A stretch of DNA of 64,000 nucleotides from Opitutaceae bacterium. Lineage in GTDB: Bacteria > Verrucomicrobiota > Verrucomicrobiia > Opitutales > Opitutaceae. The stretch lies in the NCBI GenBank assembly GCA_035604815.1, contig DATNHT010000088.1, positions 14,388 to 78,387 of the forward strand, written 5' to 3'. The first letter of the stretch is position 1; each line of letters opens with the position of its first letter. Of the stretch, positions 49,417 to 57,138 are shown piece after piece. The notes below the pieces were generated by a model. It was not told where the DNA came from. It saw nothing but the letters and a program-made list of their open reading frames with translations, and did no database searches. Both the position numbers and the translations under genes were made by a program.

Positions 49417-49474
49417 TGAGCTCCTTCTGTCGGACCGTATCGACACAGCTTTCACGGGCGTTAAGCCTATGGAA

Positions 49475-49530
49475 TTTGGACGCATGCGACAACGCGTATA
49501 ATGCCATTGAATGGGCATTTCTTGAAAATT
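49475..49530 (-). promoter_or_regulatory. Candidate hox operon promoter with embedded imperfect palindrome ATGCCCATTCAATGGCAT
   Basis: This is the only AT-rich patch upstream of hoxE. The minus strand reads TTCAAG-N17-CATTAT, with the near-palindrome (49501..49518) spanning the spacer and -10. The plus strand of the same patch carries an exact TATAAT (49497..49502). Confidence 0.3.
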
Positions 49531-49759
49531 TTCCGGGCGGAACGGGCCCGGTCTCCGGTCAAGAAATGCGGATTGATTGCCAAGATCGGCGAAGAAGCCC
49601 CCCCGGGCTCCGCTAGGATTACTCCAAATGCCCCCACCAAGGCTTGGCTCTCGGGGGATCGTCCCCTCGCGAGATTGAAGGGGCAGGCGGGCAATCGGGG
49701 CCCCGCAAGGCCGTTGGCCGCGCCCTCGCCGGCGCAAGAGCCCCCTCCTTTACCCGGCC

Positions 49760-51091
49760 TTAGGCGGCGGCCGGAAAGTGGCGCACCGCGGCGAGGTCGC
49801 GCCGCAATTCGGCGCGAAAGTCGGGATGGGCTATCGAAATGAGGAGCTCCGCCCGCTCGCGCAGGCTCTTGCCGTGCAGATTGACCGCCCCGTATTCCGT
49901 CGCGACCCAGTGGACGTGTCCGCGGGTCGTGACGACGCCCGCCCCGGGCGCGAGCTGGCCGACGATGCGCGACATGCGCCCGCCGACCGCCGACGACGGC
50001 AGCGCGATGATGGCTTTGCCGCCGGGGGAAAGGGCCGCCCCGCGGATAAAGTCCATCTGGCCGCCGATTCCCGAATAGATCCGGTGGCCGATGGAGTCGG
50101 CGCAGACCTGCCCGGTCAGGTCGATCTGAATGGCCGAGTTTATCGCCACGACCTTCGGGTTCTGGCGGATGATGGACGTGTCGTTGGTCCAATCGCAGGG
50201 GTAGAACATCACCAGCGGATTGTCGTCCACGAAATCAAACAGGCGGCGGGTGCCGTTGATGAAGCTTGTCACGATTCGGCCCTGTCCGACCGCCTTGTGC
50301 CGGTTGGTCACGGCGCCCGACTCCACCAGGTCGATGATCCGGTCCGAAAACATCTCGGTGTGGACCCCTAGGTCGCGCTTGTCGTGCAGGCGCGCCAGCA
50401 CGGCGTCCGGGATGCCGCCGATTCCCACCTGCAGGGTCGAGCCGTGGTCCACCAGCCCGGCCACGATCTCTCCGATGCGCGCGTCGGTCTGGGTCTCCGG
50501 CCCGGCCCGGTGCTCGTGCAGGGGCCGGTCCGTGGCGATGAACGCGCTGACCCGGGCGAAGGGGACCACGTTGTTGCCGTGGGTGCGGGGCATCTGCTCG
50601 TTTATTTCCGCGATGACGATGCGCGCGGAGTCCGCCGCGGCCTTTGCCGCGTCGGCCGACGTGCCGAGGGAGCAGAGCCCGTGCTCGTCGGGCGGCGAGA
50701 GCTGCAGCAGCGCGGCGTCGAGCTCGACGCCGCCCCCGGCGAAGAGCTCGGGAATGTCCGAGAGGAAGATGGGAATGTAGTCGGCCTGGCCGGACGCGAC
50801 AGCTGGCCGGAGTGGGGCGCCCACAAAGAGAGAATTCGAGAGGAACTCGCGCTCCCGGCCGGGCTCGGCGAACGGGGCGGGGCCGGCCGTGTGCAGATGG
50901 TAGAGGCTCACGTCCAGCAGGTCCCGCCGCGCGGACAGGGCCTCGATCAGCGGGGTGGGCGTGGCGGCCGCGCCGTGGATGAAGACGTTGGTCCCGCTGC
51001 GGATGGACGCGACCGCCTCCGAGGGCGTGGCGGCTCGGGCGCGCGCCGATTGCCAGAACGGGGAGAGTGGCCTGGGAGTGGATGCGGTCAT
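49760..51091 (-). CDS. Acetyl-CoA hydrolase/transferase family (4-hydroxybutyrate/succinate CoA-transferase-like)
   Basis: IRSGTNVFIHGAAATP...ADYIPIFLSDIPELF...GIGGQMDF. The ATG at 51091 was chosen; the upstream 201 codons of the ORF track are Arg/Pro-rich. Confidence 0.85.
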   Translation of the reverse strand: MTASTPRPLSPFWQSARARAATPSEAVASIRSGTNVFIHGAAATPTPLIEALSARRDLLDVSLYHLHTAGPAPFAEPGREREFLSNSLFVGAPLRPAVASGQADYIPIFLSDIPELFAGGGVELDAALLQLSPPDEHGLCSLGTSADAAKAAADSARIVIAEINEQMPRTHGNNVVPFARVSAFIATDRPLHEHRAGPETQTDARIGEIVAGLVDHGSTLQVGIGGIPDAVLARLHDKRDLGVHTEMFSDRIIDLVESGAVTNRHKAVGQGRIVTSFINGTRRLFDFVDDNPLVMFYPCDWTNDTSIIRQNPKVVAINSAIQIDLTGQVCADSIGHRIYSGIGGQMDFIRGAALSPGGKAIIALPSSAVGGRMSRIVGQLAPGAGVVTTRGHVHWVATEYGAVNLHGKSLRERAELLISIAHPDFRAELRRDLAAVRHFPAAA

Positions 51092-51138
51092 GGGAGGCGC
51101 CAGTATAGGCGGTCGACGCCTTTCCGACCGCTCATTGC

Positions 51139-53607
51139 TTGGCAAACAATCCGCATCAATTGTCGGGCCCGCCGTGCATGGGCTCAAGGACAATGACGGC
51201 GGCGGTAGGGAGAAGCCGTTCGGCGGCAGACTCTTGGACGCGGTGCCGATTTCGCGGGTTAGATTCGCCTCGCCCTGGATTCGGCCTATTTTCCGCCCCT
51301 GTGACCAAGTCCCCGGACGAATCCGAATGCCCCGAAAAGGGCCCAGAGGGGGGAGGCGGCCCGCGGGCGCCCGAGGCGCCGGCGGCGCAGTACTACTGCC
51401 CGATGTGCCCGGGTGTCGAATCCGGCGCGCCGGGCGAATGCCCGAAATGCGGCATGGCGCTCGAGCACAATAGGGCCCGAGCCGGCGCCGCCAAGACAGC
51501 CTACATCTGCCCGATGCACCCGCAGATCGCGCAGGATCTTCCCGGCGACTGCCCCATCTGCGGCATGGCGCTTGAACCGAGGATCGCCTCGGCGGGCGCC
51601 GGCGACGAGTCAGATTCCGAGCTGCGCGGCTTGAGCCGGCGCCTTTGGGTCGGCGCCCTGCTCGCGCTGCCCGTCTTCCTGCTCGCGATGGCACACCTCG
51701 TGCCGGGCCTCGCCCGGACCGGGAACGCCCCGCTCAGCCGGTGGTTGCAGTTCCTCCTTTCGACGCCCGTGGTGTGGTGGGCCGGCTGGCCGTTCTTCGT
51801 GCGCGGCGCCCGCTCCCTTCGCACCGCCCACTGGAACATGTTCACCCTGATCGCGCTCGGGGTGGGTTCGGCCTGGGCCTACAGCACGGCCGCGTTCTTC
51901 GCGCCCGCCGTCTTTCCCGAGACAGCGCGCTCGCACGGCTCGGTGGACGTCTATTTCGAAGCCGCCGCGGTCATCGTGATCCTCGTGCTCCTCGGCCAGG
52001 TGCTCGAGCTGCGCGCCCGCGCCCGGACCTCGAGCGCGCTGAGCGCGCTGCTCAACCTGGCCCCCGCCACGGCGATCCGGGTCGGGGACACGGGCGACAC
52101 CGAGGTGCCTCTCGCGGAGATCAGGGCCGGCGACCGGATACGGGTTCGCCCCGGCGGAAGGGTGCCGGTCGACGGTGCCATCGAGGAGGGATCCTCCTCG
52201 GTCGACGAATCGATGATCACCGGCGAATCGATCCCTGTCCTTAAGAGGGCCGGCGACACGGTGACGGGCGGAACAGTCAACGCCACAGGGAGCTTCGTCA
52301 TGCGCGCGGACAAGGTGGGGGCCGACTCGCTGCTTTCCCGCATCGTGCAGATGGTGGCCGACGCCCAGCGCAGCCGCGCGCCGATCCAGGGCCTTGCCGA
52401 CAGGGTCGCCGGCGTCTTCGTGCCGACCGTCGCGGCTGTCGCCGCGATCACGTTCCTCCTCTGGTATTTTCTTGGCCCCGAGCCGCGCCTGGCGCACGCC
52501 ACCGTCAATGCGGTCGCCGTTCTCATCATCGCCTGTCCCTGCGCGCTCGGGCTGGCCACCCCCATGTCCATCATGGTGGGCGTGGGCCGGGGCGCGCAGG
52601 CCGGGGTGCTGGTGAAGAACGCCGAGGCGCTCGAGCGCCTGGGAAGGGTGCAGTGGCTGGTCCTCGACAAGACCGGGACCCTCACGGAGGGGAGGCCCCG
52701 GCTCGTGGAGGTCCGGGCCGCCTCGACCTCGGACGAGAACGGACTCCTCCAGCTTGCCGCCTCCCTGGAACGGGCCTCCGAACATCCGCTCGCTTCGGCC
52801 GTCGTTCGGGCCGCGCAGGAGAGGCGGGTCCCCCTCCGTCCGGTCGCCGGTTTCCGCTCCGTCACCGGCGGCGGCATTGCGGGTGCGGTGGACGGCAGGC
52901 CGATCGTGGTCGGCAAGAGCGGGTTCCTCGCGGGGGAGGGCGTGGCCGCAGACGCTGACCTCGAAGGGCGGGCGGCCGCGCTCGAGGCCGAGGGCATGAC
53001 GGTGCTCTTTGTCGGGGTCGACCGGAGATTGGCCGGGCTGCTGGCGGTGGCCGACCCGGTCAAGGAGTCAGCCCTCGATGCGATTGCGCTGCTGCACAAG
53101 CTCGGGGTGAAGCTCGTGATGGTCACCGGCGACAATCGGCGCACCGCTGGCGCGGTGGCGCGCCGGCTCGGACTCGACCGCTTCGAAGCCGAGGTCGAGC
53201 CATCGGCAAAGATGGAGATGGTCAACGCGCTGAGGCGAGAAGGCGCGGCCGTCGCCATGGCCGGGGACGGGGTCAACGATGCGCCCGCGCTCGCCGCGGC
53301 CGACGTGGGCATCGCCATGGGCACAGGCACCGATGTCGCGATGGAGAGCGCGAACGTCACCCTGGTGAACGGCGACCTGCGCGGCATAGCGCGGGCGATC
53401 CGCCTCTCGCGCGCGACGATGACCAACATACGCCAGAACCTCTTTTTCGCCTTCGTCTACAATATTCTCGGCGTCCCTTTCGCCGCAGGCGCGCTCTACC
53501 CGTTCTTCGGGGTCGCCCTGAACCCGATGATCGCCGGGGCGGCCATGAGCCTTAGCTCGGTGTCGGTCGTTTCGAATGCGCTGCGCCTGCGAAGAATCCA
53601 GCTGTAG
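51139..53607 (+). CDS. copA: Heavy-metal (Cu+/Ag+-type) P1B-ATPase with two N-terminal CPxx...CPxCG metal-binding modules
   Basis: TM6 CPC ([13 protein letters not shown]), [15 protein letters not shown], and two N-terminal YxCPM...CPxCGMALE modules. The start is uncertain (TTG 51139, ATG 51193, GTG 51301). Confidence 0.88.
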   Translation: MANNPHQLSGPPCMGSRTMTAAVGRSRSAADSWTRCRFRGLDSPRPGFGLFSAPVTKSPDESECPEKGPEGGGGPRAPEAPAAQYYCPMCPGVESGAPGECPKCGMALEHNRARAGAAKTAYICPMHPQIAQDLPGDCPICGMALEPRIASAGAGDESDSELRGLSRRLWVGALLALPVFLLAMAHLVPGLARTGNAPLSRWLQFLLSTPVVWWAGWPFFVRGARSLRTAHWNMFTLIALGVGSAWAYSTAAFFAPAVFPETARSHGSVDVYFEAAAVIVILVLLGQVLELRARARTSSALSALLNLAPATAIRVGDTGDTEVPLAEIRAGDRIRVRPGGRVPVDGAIEEGSSSVDESMITGESIPVLKRAGDTVTGGTVNATGSFVMRADKVGADSLLSRIVQMVADAQRSRAPIQGLADRVAGVFVPTVAAVAAITFLLWYFLGPEPRLAHATVNAVAVLIIACPCALGLATPMSIMVGVGRGAQAGVLVKNAEALERLGRVQWLVLDKTGTLTEGRPRLVEVRAASTSDENGLLQLAASLERASEHPLASAVVRAAQERRVPLRPVAGFRSVTGGGIAGAVDGRPIVVGKSGFLAGEGVAADADLEGRAAALEAEGMTVLFVGVDRRLAGLLAVADPVKESALDAIALLHKLGVKLVMVTGDNRRTAGAVARRLGLDRFEAEVEPSAKMEMVNALRREGAAVAMAGDGVNDAPALAAADVGIAMGTGTDVAMESANVTLVNGDLRGIARAIRLSRATMTNIRQNLFFAFVYNILGVPFAAGALYPFFGVALNPMIAGAAMSLSSVSVVSNALRLRRIQL

Positions 53608-53756
53608 GAGGCGCCGATCCCATGCGGCCCCGGCACGCCATTATTGCGTGGATCGGGAGCGCCGCGACGGCCAGGATCAATCCACCCGGAGGATACCGGT
53701 CAGGGCTGCATCACGGCCGCGCGTGGTGCGACGCGGATCGGAGCCGGAGCTTCCCT

Positions 53757-55799
53757 ATGAGCCCCATACCCCGTCGCTTGCCTCGCAAACTCGGCCGCCA
53801 TTGGCCGCCCGCATTCCTGGCCGTCCTCCTCGCGGGGGCCGGCGGCGGCGCTCAGGCCGCCGAAGGCGGCGCCTCCCCGGCCGTTCTGGAGCTTCGGTCG
53901 CCCGACGGCCGCATCTGCGTCGCCGTCAATCCGGCCGGCGCCCTCAGCTACCGCGTGACAGTCGACGGCACGCCGGTCCTTAATGATTCGCGCCTCGGGC
54001 TGCGCCTGCGCGCCGGGGGCGCGCTCGGCGCAGACGTGGCGCTCGTGGAGTCAGCGAGCGCGGAGAGTGACACCACCTGGACCAACCGGCTCGGGAAGAG
54101 GCGCGAGGTGCGCGACCATTACCGCGAGCTCACCCTCGCGCTGCGCGAGAGGGAAGGCGCCGGCCGGACGTTTTCGGTGGTGTTCCGCGCCTTCGACGAC
54201 GCCGTGGCCTTCCGCTACGTGCTCCCCCGCGAGGGCGGCGCGCCGGACTTCACTGTCGACGAGGAGCTCACGCAGTTCGCCTTCACGGCGGACAACGCCT
54301 GCTTCGCTGGCGACCACGTCGCGATTCCGCCCGACGCGTACGACTCGCGCGGCGGCTTCCGCGGCTCGCAGGAGTGGGAGTTCAGGAGACAGCGGCTCTC
54401 CGATCTGCCGATCGAGACCGTGACCGGATTGCCGCTGCTCACGCACACCCCCGCCGCATGGGTCGCGGTCACCGAGGCCGAGCTCGTCGACTGGGCCGGC
54501 CTTTGGCTGGCCCGCGAGCCGCAGGCGCCCGGCACGACTGCCGTGACGCTGCGCAGCCGGCTCGCTCCGCGGTGGGACGGGCAAGGGCTGGTGGTCGGCG
54601 CGTTGCCGCACGCGTCCCCCTGGCGGGTCCTGCTGATCGGCAGGGAGCCGGGCCGGCTGATCGAGAGCGACGCCGTGCTCAATCTGAGCACGCCCTGCCA
54701 GATCGCGGACCCGTCGTGGGTCAGGCCGGGGATGATGGCGTGGGATAGGTGGTGGTCCGGAATTGGACGGATGGACACCGGCACCATGAAGGACTTCATC
54801 CAGTTCGCCGGCGAGATGGGATGGCCCTATCAGCTCGTCGATGGCGGCTGGTACGTGGGCACACGCCAGCCCGACTCTGACATCACCCGGCCGGTTCCCG
54901 AGGTGGACATGGATGAGCTCAGGCGTTTCGCCGCGGAGAACAAGGTGCGGCTCTGGGTCTGGCTCTACTGGAGCGACGTCGACAAGGGCGATGCGTACAA
55001 GCGGGCGTTTGCGCTCTACGAGAAATGGGGGATCGCCGGGGTGAAGATCGATTTCATGGACCGGGACGACCAGGAGATGGTGAACTGGTACGAGAAGATC
55101 ACCCGCGCCGCCGCCGAACATCACCTGCTTGTGGATTTCCACGGCGCCTTCAAGCCCACCGGGATGATCCGCGCGTGGCCCAACCAGATCACGCGGGAGG
55201 GTATTCTCGGCAACGAGTACAACAAGTGGAGCGGACGCGTCACCCCGGAGCACCGCGTCACGCTTCCCTTCACCCGCCTGTTGGCCGGTCCCGGCGACTT
55301 CACTCCGGGCGGCTTCGTCAACCGCCCGCCGGACCGGTTCCAGGCGCACGTCTCGCCTACCCAGGTGCAGGGCACGCGCGCCGGCCAGCTCGCGCTGTTC
55401 GTCGCGTACGAGAGCCCCGTCATGTGCGTGTGCGATCACCCGTGCAACCTGCGCGGCCAGCCCGGCATCGACTTCCTGAAGCTCGTTCCGACCGTGTGGG
55501 ATGAGACCCGTGTGCTCTCGGGTGTCGTCGCCGAGCATCTCGTGATTGCGCGGCGCTCCGGGCCCGACTGGTACGTTGGCGCGATCAACAACAGCTGCAC
55601 GCGCGTGCGAAGCGTGGGGCTCGGCTTTCTCAAGGTGCCGGGAAAATGGCACCTCCGCTGGTGGCGCGACGCGCCCGACAGCGCTGAGAATGCCGAGCAC
55701 CTCGAGGTGGAGGAGCGCGACGTGACGGCTGAGGATACGATCGACCTGCGCATGGCGCCGGGAGGCGGGGCAGTCATGCGCTTCGTCCGCGCGCCCTGA
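53757..55799 (+). CDS. Glycoside hydrolase family 97 (alpha-glucosidase/alpha-galactosidase type), secreted
   Basis: Signal peptide, then SPDGRICVAV...YRVTVDGTPVLNDSRLGL (GH97 N-domain). Catalytic region GVKIDFMDRDDQ...DFHGAFKPTGMIRAWPNQITREGILGNE. Confidence 0.88.
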   Translation: MSPIPRRLPRKLGRHWPPAFLAVLLAGAGGGAQAAEGGASPAVLELRSPDGRICVAVNPAGALSYRVTVDGTPVLNDSRLGLRLRAGGALGADVALVESASAESDTTWTNRLGKRREVRDHYRELTLALREREGAGRTFSVVFRAFDDAVAFRYVLPREGGAPDFTVDEELTQFAFTADNACFAGDHVAIPPDAYDSRGGFRGSQEWEFRRQRLSDLPIETVTGLPLLTHTPAAWVAVTEAELVDWAGLWLAREPQAPGTTAVTLRSRLAPRWDGQGLVVGALPHASPWRVLLIGREPGRLIESDAVLNLSTPCQIADPSWVRPGMMAWDRWWSGIGRMDTGTMKDFIQFAGEMGWPYQLVDGGWYVGTRQPDSDITRPVPEVDMDELRRFAAENKVRLWVWLYWSDVDKGDAYKRAFALYEKWGIAGVKIDFMDRDDQEMVNWYEKITRAAAEHHLLVDFHGAFKPTGMIRAWPNQITREGILGNEYNKWSGRVTPEHRVTLPFTRLLAGPGDFTPGGFVNRPPDRFQAHVSPTQVQGTRAGQLALFVAYESPVMCVCDHPCNLRGQPGIDFLKLVPTVWDETRVLSGVVAEHLVIARRSGPDWYVGAINNSCTRVRSVGLGFLKVPGKWHLRWWRDAPDSAENAEHLEVEERDVTAEDTIDLRMAPGGGAVMRFVRAP

Positions 55800-55884
55800 G
55801 GACCGCCACCTCTTGCGCCAGCGGTCGCGCGAATGGATATGCTTTTGCCATCGACCGGATTGCCGCGGCAGGGGGGGTCCCGCC

Positions 55885-55917
55885 GGCCCGCTAGGTTTTC
55901 TTGCGGGCCGCCCTTTT
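55885..55917 (+). terminator. Candidate intrinsic terminator after the GH97 gene
   Basis: Stem GGCCCGC / GCGGGCC with an 11-nt loop, followed by CGCCCTTTTCG containing a short T-tract. It lies 86 nt after the stop codon. Confidence 0.4.
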
Positions 55918-56133
55918 CGCCCCATCGGCGGCGGCCGTGACGCAACAGGGCGTCAATTTGGGATGGTGGGACAGCGCGGCCCCGGGCGAAACCTGCGAGA
56001 TGCCCGTCCATTGAGCAGCGCCTCAATCAGGCATGTCGGCGGTCAAGCCACGGAATCCCTTGGCTCCTTCCGCTCCTAGGTCAGTCTTGCGGAGTTCGGA
56101 GTTTCGGGTTCAAGTAACCCTCCCATCCCCACC

Positions 56134-56556
56134 ATGATCATCCCAAACACGTCGTCCACCCGCTCGGCCCTGCGCAGGGCCGCCCTGATTTCATTTGGCT
56201 GCGCCCTCAGTCTCGCCGTCGCTCAAGTTCCCGCGGCGAAGGCCGCCGATTCAATGGCGCTGCAGCGCCTGGAAGACAAGGCTCCGAGCCTGCCCTTGAC
56301 CTACAGCTTCGAGAAAGTGACCGACCCTGACACTGGCCCGTACGTGCTGAACCTGAAGAACGTCTCGGGAGACGCGATCAAGGTCAGCGCGCAGGTGCTC
56401 TCGAGCGTCACATTCCACGCCAACTCAAAGGTCCGGAACCTTCCTGAGCACGCGATCGACCCGGGCCAAGTCTGGACCATTACCGAACTCGCCGCGACCG
56501 ACAAAGTCACCATCACCGCCAAGGGCTTTGCCCCGCTCGAGCTCACGGTCCCCTAA
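56134..56556 (+). CDS. Hypothetical secreted protein (140 aa)
   Basis: Signal peptide (AALISFGCALSLAVAQVPAAKAAD) and a beta-rich body. No family recognised. Confidence 0.55.
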   Translation: MIIPNTSSTRSALRRAALISFGCALSLAVAQVPAAKAADSMALQRLEDKAPSLPLTYSFEKVTDPDTGPYVLNLKNVSGDAIKVSAQVLSSVTFHANSKVRNLPEHAIDPGQVWTITELAATDKVTITAKGFAPLELTVP

Positions 56557-56707
56557 TAAGAGGAGACCTCGGTCAGGCCCCTTGGTAGGCGAAGCCCGAT
56601 CGGGCCCCACGGCCTCGGGCGGCGGGCGCCCGCCCTTCCTGGGAGCCGGCGCGGTCCCGCTGGACGTCGTGTCCAATCCATGACCTGGCTCGCGCCTTCA
56701 GGCTCAC

Positions 56708-56950
56708 TTACCTGTCTGAAGTTGGGGTGTCGGGATGGTCAGCGGACTGGGCCGAGCCCTTGAACGGCCCGAGTGACCGGGGTGGCGCGACGGCCGCCCT
56801 GTCGGCGACCACATGCGGCAGGTCCGGCGCTATCCCGAGGTGGAAGCCGTCCCCGTCTTCATAGCCCTTGGGGGCCCTGCGTGCGGCGCCGACAAGCACG
56901 AGGAGAATGCAGGCGCCTAGGAGACCGAGGATAGAGATGGCCGCGAACAT
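56708..56950 (-). CDS. Hypothetical small single-TM protein (80 aa)
   Basis: N-terminal TM helix MFAAISILGLLGACILLVLVGAA. No family recognised. Confidence 0.4.
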   Translation of the reverse strand: MFAAISILGLLGACILLVLVGAARRAPKGYEDGDGFHLGIAPDLPHVVADRAAVAPPRSLGPFKGSAQSADHPDTPTSDR

Positions 56951-57138
56951 GGGGATACTGGGTGCGGTAGGATATCGTCCCGAGGCGGATCACCCGAGTA
57001 TGGGATGGCTCCCCAGCGTGAGGCGGTCCGGATGGGGCAGCCGGGCCTCTGCCGCGCGGCTGGCCGGCCGCACGGGCCCGGCCGCCAGGTTGAGGGGATC
57101 TTCGCCGTCGACTGGCGGGATGGAGGCCACAATGGGAA

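Noticed and set aside
49501-49842. 113-aa plus-strand ORF in the hox/CoA-transferase intergenic region.
   Set aside because: It runs into the 3' end of the CoA-transferase gene on the opposite strand. It is low-complexity (Pro/Arg/Ala) with no domain, and is more plausibly non-coding leader or terminator DNA.
55930-56133. Possible riboswitch or sRNA in the long leader upstream of the 140-aa secreted protein.
   Set aside because: Some local hairpins are present, but nothing matches the riboswitch cores I can recall (c-di-GMP, fluoride, SAM, preQ1, guanidine). Without covariance or conservation data this is not supportable.
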